Source: Octopus sinensis (Eukaryota). Taken from it: a stretch of DNA of 64,000 nt. Location of the stretch: positions 15,872,001-15,936,000 of the forward strand of contig NC_043005.1 of the NCBI RefSeq assembly GCF_006345805.1, given 5' to 3'. The notes beneath the pieces are model-generated. The model ran no database searches. It was not told the DNA's origin and saw only the letters and a program-made list of their open reading frames with translations. How positions within the stretch are numbered: position 1 is the stretch's first letter; each line of letters begins with the position of its first letter. Position numbers and translations under genes: made by a program. Of this stretch, positions 51,580 to 64,000 are shown in pieces.

Positions 51580-53744
51580 TACAAAATGGGACAAGAACAC
51601 AAAAAAAAGGAGAGTTAGGTGATACAAAAATGGGACAACAAAACATCCAGATAAACGATACAAAGAAAACAAGGACGGGTAATTTGAAGTTTTCATTCCT
51701 CAGTCAAGTACCAGATTATCTTCGCAATTTCAGCTGATTATACTTGAGATTACCTATGAGAGGGATTTGGTTTATAGAAACTGAAAGAAGCCCATTGTAC
51801 ACATATACATATATAGGAGTAAATGTAAGGACAAGCAAGTTTGGCAACCCCTTTAATTCCTGATATCATTTCTATTCTGATTAAACCGGAATTTTTTTTT
51901 ATATGTGTACATATGTACATTTTTTTGTATTTAATTTGTATTTAATATTTTTTGTATATTGACTTCCCTAATTTGTTTGTTCTTACATTTACTCCCCAAC
52001 CTGTTCAAAATCAAATCTGTTGAGCGCTACAAAGTGTTTTCTGTATAGAGAACACCTGTCTCTAATCAAAAAATTATATACACATATATATATGTGTATA
52101 TATATATTTGTGTGTGCTTATATGTATAAAGCACCCATTACGCTCTCAGAGTGGTTGGTTTTAGGAAGGGCATCCATGCCTAATTAGACTGGAATCTGAT
52201 GCAGCCTTCCAGCTTACCAACCCAGTCAAACCATCCAACCCATAGACAACGGACGTTAAATGATGATGATGAAATGTGTATGTGTGTGTGTGTGTATGTG
52301 TGTGTGTGTGTGTGTGTATGTGTGTGTGTGTGTTTGTCATCATGCAATACTTATAGACAAGTGGTGTTGTTTATTTATTATCCTCTGTGAAAACATGTCT
52401 AGTCATGAAAAAATATCACCTTGCTTTGAATTAGATAAAAGTTGGTGACAGGAAAGGCATCAAGTTGTAAAAAATGTGTCTTGACAATTTCTATCTGACT
52501 GACGCAAGTATGGAAAAGTGGGCATTAAAAACGATGATGATGATGATGATGATGATGACAGTGTGATTTGAAGAAGCATTTGTTGTTTATTTTTAGCAGG
52601 TCTAGTGACTCATTAGAGACTTTGTTGAGTCAAGTAACCTTAATGCATGAAACAGTTGATATTCCTTGTTAAATCCTTTTCTTTTGACTTGGCTGTGAAT
52701 GGGCCCACCCAATCCTAGCTGACATACCCACCTGTAACACAGTAAAGACTCAACTAAATACAGCTTCTATATAGTTTGTTTGATTTTCTGAATATAGCAG
52801 CCAAATCTTGCTCAAAGTACTTTCCAGCATCTTAGAAAACAACATGGGATACTATTGCCCAGAGTACACTGTTCCAGAAGAAGGCAAAATATGATTTAGT
52901 CATGTTTGGAATAATCTTTGACTGATCAGAGTTCTGTTGTGTCAGGTATGACCTAGGCTAAGACAACAACAGCACATGGTGATGATCGAATTAAGCATTA
53001 TGGGCAAGTCATAAGCGGCTTATCCTGTATGTTTCTTGTCCTTTTACTAGAACTCTGCTGTGTCTATGTGAATGAATGATAAGGCCCTTAATTCCAGGTG
53101 TTACATCACCATCATCATCATCATCATCATCATCCTCGCTGTTTAACATTCAACTTCCATGCACGCATGGGTAAGACAGTTGACAGGAGCTGGCCAGGTG
53201 GAAGACTAGCCCAGCCTGCTGTATCTATTTTGGTAGGGTTAGGGTTAGGGTTAGGGTTTTTATGGTTGGATGCCCTTCCTAACACTAACAACTCTGCAGA
53301 GTGGACTCAGTGCTTTTTATGTGACACTAACTCAAGTGAGGTCAGTTTTGGCATGGTCTTTACAGCTGGAGGCCCTTCCAAATGGCAACCACTTTACAGT
53401 GCTACAATAAACTGAAATGCAGACAGAGTGACACAGAAGCTCACAGTTGCTGGCAGCGGGAGCATAGGAAAACTGATGTATACCTTGTTAGTTTGCAAAA
53501 CAGAATTCAAGATTCTCCTTTATGGTAGAATGTTAAATTCTATATTGCAAACTAAAATGGTGATGAATGAAATCTGTTAGTATATTTTACTCAAAAATGA
53601 ATTCATGAAGATGAAGACTTTGGTAATTTTCCATCAGCACTCAACACTAATGGCTGAATCATTAACAAGCTCTCTTAATGAATGTAGATCTTCCGGAAGA
53701 TTTTGTCTATTAAGAAGTATCAAAATTTTAGCCTACATTACTTT

Positions 53745-53778
<34 letters not shown>

Positions 53779-53886
53779 TGTATGTATGTATGTATGTATG
53801 TATGTATGAATGTGTGAATGCATGGATGGATGCTTGTATGTATGATTGACTGTGTATATATATATATATATATATATACATATATT

Positions 53887-54070
53887 TAAAAGCAGCAGAA
53901 ATTTAACAAAAGTTGTTACTCTGAGTTTACCAAAACTCTCTGATGAACGGAAACATGAAACTCCGAGTAACAGCTTTTGTTAACTTTCTGCTGCTTTTAA
54001 ATAAAGCATATTACTCTACCTCTGGTATTTGAGTACTCTTTTTTTTCCACCTTGTTTCACATTTATGTAT
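53887..54070 (+). mobile_element. Palindromic Penelope-like repeat with decayed hammerhead motif (53932-53977)
   Basis: Arms 53887-53928/53958-54000; CTGATGA-ACGGAAACAT-GAAACTCCGAGTA-ACAG. Confidence 0.6.
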
Positions 54071-54583
54071 TTACTCTGGTATATTATATATATATTATAT
54101 ATATATATATAATATATATAATTATATATATATGAGTGTATGTATGCATTTACATATGTTTGTATATATGTATACATATTCACAGACCATATTTTACATT
54201 AATATATATTCTCATATATATTTGTATGTATCTATCTGTCTGTCCCTATATAGACATGTACCATCAACATCATCATCATCGTTTAATGTCCGATTTCCAT
54301 GCTGGCATGGGTGGGACAGTTTGACTGATGTTTGGAGAGCCAATGGTTGCACCAGGCTCCAATCTGATCCGGCAATGTTTCTACAGCTAGGGCGCCTTTC
54401 CTAATGCCAACCACTCTGAGAGTGTAGTGAGTGCTTTTTATGTGCCACCAGCACAGGAGTCAATGAGGCAGGCCTGGCATCAACCATGGCAGCCAGTCAG
54501 AGGCCTGGCATCGGTCACGTTCGGATGGGGCTTTGTACACACACACACACACACACACACATAAATATCAAATATTAGGGTAT

Positions 54584-54995
54584 CTCTTTTACTCTTTTAC
54601 TTGTTTCAGTCATTTGACTGCGGCCATGCTGGAGCACTGCCTTTAGTCGAGCAACTCGACCCCGGGACTTATTCTTTTTGTAAGCCCAGTACTTATTCTA
54701 TCGGTCTCTTTTTGCCGAACCGCTAAGTGACGGGGACGTAAACAAACCAGCATCGGTTGTCAAGCAATGCTAGGGGAACAAACACAGACACACATACACA
54801 CACACATAATATATATATATAAATATATACGACAGGCTTTTTCAGTGTTCCGTCTACCAAATCCACTCACAAGGCATTGGTCGGCCCGGGGCTTAGTAGA
54901 AGACACTTGCCAAGAAGATGCCACACAGGGGGACTGAACCCGGAACCATGTGGTTGGTTAGCAAGCTACTTACCACACAGCCACTCCTGCGCCTA
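54584..54995 (-). mobile_element. SINE family C, full length
   Basis: Near-identical to 35401-35840. Confidence 0.88.
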
Positions 54996-55409
54996 TGTAT
55001 TTGTCCTAATTTCTTTTTTTTTTTTTTCTCAATGACAACTGTTCATGGGTTCCATTTTAAGAACACTGTCTTTTCTCTCTTTCTCTTTCCTTAGATCTTT
55101 TTCTCCTGTGTCTGTTAAATGTTATAAAATTATCATATCAAAAATAATAGCATCATAAGGCAGGGCTGCAGTGATTACATAGCTATGACACAGAGAAGAG
55201 GGTGGAGGTTTGTTTTCATAAGGAGACAGCGTTTTGTCTTAACCATGACATACAAATATAATATATATATATCTATATGTATATGTGTGCACATACATAT
55301 ATATATGCATGTGTAAATATATATATATATATATATGTATGTAGGTATGTATATATATATATATGTGTGTGTGTGTGTATAGTCATATTCCTGGAGAACA
55401 ATATATATG

Positions 55410-55449
<40 letters not shown>

Positions 55450-55886
55450 ATATATATATATATATTATATATATATATACATACATATATATATATATAT
55501 CAAGGGAAAATGACTTGAGGAAAGAAGAGTAAAATAAACAACTGTTTTCTTAGCTTATATCAGCAGCTGTGAAAAGATTTTGAAGTTTCTAGAAGTTTAA
55601 GATAGTGGAAGCTAAATATGTTAATGTGTGTGTGTTTGTGCGTGTGTGTGTGTGTGTGTGTGTTGTGTGTGTGTGTGTGTGTGTGTGTGCTTGAACATGT
55701 GTAGATTTTGTTAATATAAAAGAATGTTTGTGTAAATCTATTTTTGAATATATTTAAAATATAGAAAGTATGTTTAATGGGAGCAATTGAGCAAAATGGA
55801 GCTATGTAAATGAACACATATAGAAATATGTTACATGCACAATTTAGTGTGTGTATGTGTTTGTGTGTGTGTGCGTGCATATTATT

Positions 55887-55947
<61 letters not shown>

Positions 55948-56552
55948 ATATCTGTATTATTATACATATATATACATTACATATATATATATATATATAT
56001 AATATATAGATATATATATATCACAACACACACACACATATATATATATGTATGTATTTATGTATATATGTATGTATACTGACATGTATGTGAATGTCAT
56101 TGAAAAATTGTTTCAACGCAAAAGCCCAGCAGCGATGAGGGGAAGGGTTTAGTTTAGCCCTCGTACTTGACTGAAATTTTATATTATTAACCCTGGAGGG
56201 ATGAAAAGCAAAATTATGCTTTATGAGATTTGAACTCAGAGTGTAAAGAACTAGATCATTTTTCTTACATGTTCTAATGATTCTGCTAATCCACTGCCTT
56301 ATATGCCACATGTAAATGTAAAGATGTGTGTGTATGTGTGGGCATGTATGTGTATGTACACACACATATATATTTATACACATACACATACACACATCAG
56401 TTGATAAATGTGTGTGGTAAACATACGCCAAATTAAAGTAAGATCCATGTGAAAATATTGGCAGATATCTGGGACAGTACAGCTACTGCTGGTACTCTGT
56501 ACACACAAATATCCTTAATGACAAGGTCATTTGGTTGATATGTAATAATTCA

Positions 56553-56770
56553 AAGGTGGCGAGCCGGCAGAAATGTTAGCACGCCGGGTGAAATTCTTAG
56601 CAATATTTTGCCTGTCTTTACGCTCTGAGTTCAAATTCCACTGAGGTTGACTTTACCTTTCATCCTTTCAGGGATGATAAATTAAGTACCAGTTGCATAC
56701 TGGGTTCGATCTAATTGACTGGCCTCTTCCCCAAAAATCTCAGGCCTTGTCTCTAGAATAGAAAAGGATA
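56553..56770 (+). mobile_element. SINE family A, second subfamily
   Basis: Similarity to 28494-28710. Confidence 0.8.
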
Positions 56771-57419
56771 AGTAATAATTCACACTGCAACAAGTTAAAC
56801 CCTTAGGATTACGGTTGTATGATTCCTCCCTTTACCTCTGCTGTTGCTACTACAATGACCATTGTTCTTCCTGAGCCACAGAACTGCACACCCTGTGAAC
56901 TATATTTACCTCTCTCTCTATCACCATGTCTCATATGTCAGACTTCATCCAGTCATTTGCCCTAGATTTCCCCATCTATGTTTGTACCTGTTCCAGCAAA
57001 GATTGACCTGCAAAATGTTCAGATGAAACAAGGATCATCTCAAAGCTCTGAGAATGGCAAAGCCCACAATGGGGCATGGTCTATAGCCCTCTTCCAAATA
57101 CATAGAGAATCCACTAAAATCTGGATTACATGTTCATAACTAAAAACTTCAGGGAACAACCATGGATGACTGATTGTATGTAAAAGGAACGATGAGTGTA
57201 ATAGATGTAGAAAAAATGCTCTCTTTTTATTTCTGTGTATGAATATATGTGCAACAGAAACACGTGTAGGTCATCATAACCATAAAAATATTTCGTATGG
57301 CATTGTAAAATAAAAGGAAATAAATTTTGAGGATGTACCTGTCTCCATATCCTCTATCATTACAATTATTGCTTATATATATATATATATAGATCAGAGT
57401 ATACAATAATATAGATCAA

Positions 57420-57690
57420 TTACAGTTGATCTTACCAATTGGTTTTGCATAAACCTACCACACCTGAAGAGCATGCATTAGATAATAAAGCAGTTACCTA
57501 ATATCTGGTGTGAAACCGATTAGTAAGATCAGCTGCAAGGAATCTATAATACTGTATACTTAGATTAATATATCTACTCTTTTGACAAATATAGGAGTGC
57601 CTAATTCTCCTGACTTATGGATGATTATATAATAGTTTGGTTTATAAAACAGAGAAATAGAACTCAATACATACAACAAAGTATATGTAT
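57420..57690 (+). mobile_element. Penelope-like repeat with short palindrome and hammerhead-like core; second partial copy at 58480-58900
   Basis: CTGAAGA 57464-70, GAAAC 57512-16; the 3' 180 bp is repeated 1 kb downstream. Confidence 0.5.
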
Positions 57691-58636
57691 TTTTTCATTA
57701 ACCAAGAATCTGAAGTAAGTCAAGGCCTAGAGTTTGACTGCAATGCACTTGTCAAACTTAAGTTTGATTATACATACACATTTACATGCAGGTGCATATG
57801 CATGCAAATCTGTGTATGTGCACGTGCACACACACACACACACACACACACAACACACACGTATATGAATATTAAGGGCACTTAAAATACATTATGTATA
57901 TATAATGCTTGCTTTCCCATTTTTACTAACTTTCAATATAACCAAAAGATTGGATGGATATGAATGTACTGAATGACCCAGAGTTAGAATCCCACCATTA
58001 TTAGAACCAGTTCTTTTATTGAAGTCAGTGTACTTAAAGAGAGGAAACCAGGTGGGAAGGAAGTTAACCAAATTTCATATACAAACTACTTACAGAATGT
58101 TCTAATTATTTTAATCTGTTCCCCTTAATTAATAAAAACAAATCTTCAAAGTGTAACTATTTCACATGCGAAAAATTATTTAGATTGGATTTTGTCTTTA
58201 ATGTATTTTTCAGTGTTATTTTGTTTTTTTACTCTCTAAAGACATGGGTTGGACAGAGCTATAATTCTTCAGAAATACAAAATTTTGGTTATTGCAAAGC
58301 TGAATATTCACTCTACACATACTCAACTCTCCCTGCTAAATGATGAGCTTTCTATCACAATTAACAAACATGAATTAGGACTTGTATATAAGCCTAGTCA
58401 TCAGTCTTACCAAATATACCAACTGGAAAGATTCTCCTGGGTTGACTGATTGATCTGCTCAAATTAGCAGCCAAATTGCCCCCAATTAGTAAGATCAGCT
58501 GCAAAGAATCTATAATACTGTATGCTTTGATTAATATATCCACTTTCTTGACAAATAAAGGAGTGCCTAGTTCTTCTGACATACGAATTCTTAGATGATT
58601 CTATAATAGTTTGGTTTATAAAACAGAGAAATAGAA

Positions 58637-58862
58637 AATACAGTTCTATATTTAAAAGATGAGAAATTATGTACATTATTTACATTTGACGGATATTTGT
58701 CCTCATCTTGTTTGTTGTTAACACAACGTTTCGGCTGATATACCCTCCAGCCCCAAGACACCTGATGAAGGCTGGAGGGTATATCAGCCAAAATGTTGTG
58801 TTAATGACAAACAAGATGAGGACAAATATCTGTCAAATGTAAATAATGTAAATAATGTTGAA
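58637..58862. mobile_element. Palindromic Penelope-like insertion with 8-bp TSD and minimal hammerhead motif
   Basis: TSD aaatagaa (58629-36, 58863-70); arms 58671-58752/58770-58851; GACAC-CTGATGA-A-GGCTG..CAGCC. Confidence 0.75.
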
Positions 58863-59105
58863 AAATAGAACTCAATACATAAAACAGAGTATATATATTT
58901 TTACACCACCACCATCACCATTTTAATGGTTTTTGTCATTGGATTATGGCCATATTAGGGCTCTTCCTTTATGACTTCTGTGATCAAATTTACAATAGAA
59001 CTTATTTATTTTAACACTGTCAAACTGTTAACTTAAAGGGTCGTAAACAAACCACCACTGGTTATCAGGCAAGCGGTGAAATAGAGAGACAGACAGACAA
59101 GCACA

Positions 59106-59155
<50 letters not shown>

Positions 59156-59626
59156 CACATGCACAAAAACACATGTTATGCAAGCTCATGCAAACATTGG
59201 AATCATAACCAATCCCCCATCATATGTCCAACCCATGCCAGCATGGAAAATGGACGTTATATGATGATGATGATGATGATGATATAGGTAATTATATGTG
59301 TGTGTGTATGTGTGTGCATATAAATATACATACATATATATTATATATATATATATAGGGTGAGAATTCACAAAAGAAAAACAAAAGATGTAGACGGGTG
59401 GTGTAGAAAACAAACAAATGTAAAGAGAGAGAGAGAGGACTATACTATCTACCTTTGCTTCCTTAAGTTGTGGTTTGTTGGGAGTTTAGCTACTATTTCT
59501 AGCAAGTCGAATGGCCATGTAGTAGCTCTCTAATTATCTGTCTCTGGTTTATGTAGGTTGTGGAATATGATACCAGCAACAGAAGTCTATCCAAGTTTGA
59601 AAGTTCCACTGAATGAAACATATCAC

Positions 59627-59670
<44 letters not shown>

Positions 59671-59854
59671 AATTATCTTTTCCACCACTACTACCACCAC
59701 CACCATCATCACCACCACCTATGCCATATTACCTCCACCCTCTGTAATCAGTGCAATAATCATCTTGATCATCATCATATCAATCACCATTGCAGCACTC
59801 ACTTTCACCACCAACACCACCACCACCATCATCATTATAATGATTGCTATCCCT

Positions 59855-59886
<32 letters not shown>

Positions 59887-60497
59887 TGACATTATCTTAT
59901 TCAACATTTCATCATTATTGCCATCATCATCATCATCATCATCATCATCGTCGTCATCATTGTCATCGTCATCAGCATTTGTTCAAGCATCCTGTTGAGT
60001 ATTTATGAATCAGTAAATTGGTAATTGTAGAAAAGGTGAAAGACATTGCAGCAGCAGAGTTGGTATAGTTCTACTGGAGAGAATGTCTGCTGGTATTTAA
60101 TTACATCCCTTTATACACTGAGTTTAAATTGTATCAAGATTGACTTTGATTTTTATCATTCCAAAGTTTGAATAAAAATAAATATCGGCTAAGTATTTGG
60201 GTCTGGAGTAAGTGGTTTTTTACTACTTTCCACCACTACTTGTATAGTAAGTGATTTGATCTGAGACTGTATATTGTAATTGAAGCAATTACAGTCTTGG
60301 TGAGTCATTTTAGGCATCAAAACCACACAGAGGCTGTTAACTTCACTAAATCATTTATATGTCAGTGACCAGGTTGCAGAGTGCATGATGAAAATTTTGA
60401 CACCAAATGAAAAACTGAAGTTATCAGTTTTTGTGTGTTTCTGAATGGCTAAAATTAATCTTCCTTGCTGTAATTGCTTTGATATATCCTCCATGTT

Positions 60498-60925
60498 AGG
60501 CAGCAAGCTGGCAGAAATGTTAGCACACTGGTCGAAATGCTTAACAGTATTTTATGTCTTTATGTTCTGAGTTCAAATTCTGCCGAGGTTGACTTTGCCT
60601 TTCATCCTTTCGGAGTCGATTAAATAAGTACCAGTTACACCCTGGGGTCGGTATAATTGACTTAATCCATTTGTCTGTCCTTGTTTGTCCCCTCTGTGTG
60701 TAGCCCCTTGTGGGCAGTAAAAATATAAGAAACTTTAGCATGCTGTGCAAAATGCTTAGCGGTATTTCATCCGTCTTTACATTCAGAGTTCAAATTCCGC
60801 TGAGGTTGTTTTGCCTTTCATCCTTTTGGGGTCAATAAATTAAGTAACTCTTGCATAATGGGGTTGATCTAACTGACTGGCCCCCTCCCCCAAAATTTCA
60901 GGCCTTGTGTCTAGAGTAGAAAAGT
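60498..60925 (+). mobile_element. Two tandem SINE family A copies (both subfamilies)
   Basis: 60498-60725 and 60735-60925. Confidence 0.8.
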
Positions 60926-61426
60926 AAAGAATATGTCCTCCATGTAAAATATATGGTCTTGTATTGATATTTAAAAATCACTCAATGAATCTTCCCTGTA
61001 TTCTTTACCATATTTGCTAAAAGAATAATGAACAAATTGCACAGCAAATGCACAGAATTGTATTGTATTCTTTGCAGAGGAAATGAGAGTGTTTAGATAT
61101 TAATGACTTCAGAGAAGATCTCTTTATGAAAGATATCTATTTAGTGTATGTGTCAGCATGTAAACATGTATATGTGTATGTGGACGTGTGTGCTTGTGTG
61201 TGTGCATGTACTTGTGTATGTGTGTGTGTGTGTGTGCTTGTATGGATGGGTGTGTGTGCAAGTGTGTGTGTGTGTATGCATGTGCATGCATGTGTTCGTA
61301 TGTGTGGTTATACATTTGTGTGTCAGCAAATAAATAAGTATATGTGTGCATATGTGCATGTGTGTGTATGTACTTTTGTTTTACTTATACTCGTTTCTAT
61401 CATTTGACTGCAGCCATGCTGGAGCA

Positions 61427-61468
<42 letters not shown>

Positions 61469-62036
61469 ATCTATGCATCATGCTTAGTGCATACACAGTC
61501 GATAGGCCAGTTACTGTAGTACCTGTCCCGAGATAACATCTGTGATAGCCTTGCTGTGTTGAAAACAATTAATACCAGAGAGACAAAAATTCAACCCAGC
61601 AGTTGCAGCAGCTGCAGTTGGCAAGTGCACCACATGCATTGCAGCCTTTTTAGGACCTTTTCAATGGTGCTTGCAGCCAATCATATGCTCTGACAAGAAT
61701 TCCTCATCTCTAATACAGATGGTGGGACAAACTTTCATCTCTCTCTAATATTTATTACATGTTTAACACAGCACGTTCATAATAAATGTCATCTCAGGAC
61801 AAATACTACAGTATCTTGCCTATCAACAATGTATACATTAAGTATGATGATATATAGGTGGCTAATTTTAACTAAATAATTGCTTCAAGTATAAAGCAAG
61901 AATATATATATATATATATATATAATATATATATAACAATTTAATATATATATATATACATATATAATATATATACATGTATATTGATGTATTTTGGGAG
62001 GGTCATTTTTTTTTGCCAAATAAACACACGCACTAT

Positions 62037-62820
62037 ACTCTTTACTCTTTTTACTCTTATAGTTGTTTTAGTCATTTGACTGCAGCCATGTTGGAGCACT
62101 GCCTTTAGTTGAGGAAATCGACCCCAGGACTTATTCTTTGTAAGTCTAGTACTTATTCTATCGGTTTCTTTTGCCGAACTGCTTAGTTACGGGGACGTAA
62201 ACACACCAGCATCAGTTGTCAAGAGATGGGGGGGAGGACAAACACAGACACACAACCACACACACACATATATATACATCTCTCTATATATAAACGGCAG
62301 TTTGTCTGTGTGTGTTTCTGTGTGTCTGTCAGGTTGTACCCTCACCCTGACCACGGCTTTCAACCGATTCTGATGAAACTTGACACACACATAGCCCAAT
62401 GTCATAATTCAAAACTAATGCAGCGAAAATTTTGAAAAGTTCCCCCAGTTCTGAAAAAAATCGATAAATTCGACATGGGGTCGAGAATCAGAAACACAAA
62501 CCACAGACTGTCTAGGGGACGCAACTCGACCTTTTTAACTAAAAAAAAAATTTACCATCATTTTTTCCCATTTTTTGGCTATAACTCTCTAAAAATGCTT
62601 TATAGTTATTTCCCTTACAAACCCGAGCAACGCCGGGCGATACTGCTAGTATACATATATACGACAAGCTTCTTTCACTTTCTGTCTGCCAAATCCACTC
62701 ACAAGGCTTTGGTCAGCCCGAGGCTATAGTAGAAGACATTTGCCCAAGGTGCCACGCAGTGGGACTGAACCCGAAACCATGTGGTTGGTAAGCAAGCTAC
62801 TTACCACACAGCCACTCCTA
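62037..62820 (-). mobile_element. SINE family C interrupted by a HINE-like element (62284-62651)
   Basis: SINE halves flank an element sharing its terminus with 50385. Confidence 0.75.
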
Positions 62821-63324
62821 CATCGCAGTCAAATGACTGAAACAAGTAAAAGAGTAAAAGTGTATATGTATGTATATATTCATGTGTGTCTGTGCTTGTC
62901 CTCTTACGATCAGTTGAAAACCAATGTTGGTTTTCATCCCAGTAACTTAGCAGTTCGGCAAAAGAGACTGATAGACTTAGTGCTAGGCTTTACAAAGAAT
63001 AAGTCCTGGGGTCGATTTGTTCAACTAAAGGCAGTGCTTCGGCATGGCCAGTCCTTCTGTGTAAATAAGCCAAAGGAGAAGCCTCTCTGATGTAGCAACA
63101 AACAACAGCTATATTCTCGCAAATCACATACTCATATAATAAAATAGGAAGGACATGTCCTTGATATATGGACAGATGGAATGGTCAAAGTAGAGACCAT
63201 TCCAGCTAAGACCATATTGTATTTTAGAATATCAATACCTACATTGACCATTTAATATTGTTTCATTTATACGATGGTGGTTTGTAATTTGAGGGAATTT
63301 AGGTGTTGTTAGTTGCAGATTGTT

Positions 63325-63500
63325 TAGTACTTACTTGTACTTGTACTTGTGGTGACATTCACCCTGGGTGGGTTGAGTCGGCTTCTTCTACCACCCTCGA
63401 GGCATCTCGAACCATGGCAGTCCATGCACGACGGTCCTGCGCCAGTTCACTGGAGATAGCGAGCCAGTCAATGGCAGATTGTTTAGGGGCTGTCTTGTCC
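63325..63500 (-). mobile_element. RTE LINE 3' fragment
   Basis: WLAISSELAQDRRAWTAMVRDA*; (CAAGTA)n tail. Confidence 0.75.
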
Positions 63501-63880
63501 CTATATGCATATGTAAATATATATATGGATGGCTGTGTGTGCGTGTGTGTATGACAGACTTCTATGCTGTGTCTGCCTACCAAATTGTATGCACAAAGCT
63601 TTGGTCAGTCCAAGACTATTATAGAAAGCACTTGCTCTAATTGTTGTGTTCTGAGATTGGGCTGAAGTGAGATAGTTGAGAAATGGCTTTCTCTCTCTCT
63701 CTCTCTCACACTCACACACACACACAAATATACACACTAGTCAGTAAAACAAACAAGACTGTATGGTGAGGAGGGTAAATTTTAGACACCTTACAGGATA
63801 AAGAATAAAGCCTACTAAAAATGGATGACCTCAAGAGACTCAATGGCTACCTATTATTGGGTATATATAGTGAGTATGTA

Positions 63881-64000
63881 AAGGTGCATGGCTCAGTGGT
63901 TAGAGCGTCGAGCTTACGATTGCGAGGTTGTGAGTTCGAATCTCAGACCGGGCGATGTATGTGTTTATGAGCAAAACACCTAAGCTCCATACGGCTCTGG
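63881..64000 (+). mobile_element. tRNA-derived SINE head, cut by window end
   Basis: TGGCTCAGTGGTT A box, GAGTTCGAATCTC B box. Confidence 0.75.

Noticed and set aside
51690-51750. CTGAGGA in the 42.7/51.5-kb repeat (minus strand); also CTGATGA at 17854, 22620 and 36359
   Set aside because: No GAAA in register after a stem II

Overview
AT-rich, microsatellite- and SINE-dense animal DNA. The repeat families point to an octopod cephalopod, which is an inference. The only protein-coding gene I can support is on the minus strand: 17 GT-AG exons (26815 to 1194, 1469 coding nt, stop-free when spliced) of a clade-B fibrillar collagen (COL5A1/COL11A1-like). They encode the TSPN/LamG N-propeptide, a short variable region, the minor helix, the N-telopeptide and the first 138 residues of the major Gly-X-Y helix. 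The signal-peptide exon was not found, and the rest of the helix lies left of the window. Everything else is intronic or upstream: tRNA-derived SINEs with long TSDs, RTE/CR1/Dong-R4 LINE fragments, mariner, piggyBac-, hAT- and Kolobok-like MITEs, Helentron-like elements, a 91-bp minisatellite and several long palindromes. The most notable hidden structure is a set of type I hammerhead-ribozyme motifs. One looks intact and solitary (45407-45481). Several others sit in palindromic Penelope-like repeats, including a family with a CUGUAGA core variant and an insertion whose empty site is visible 1 kb away.
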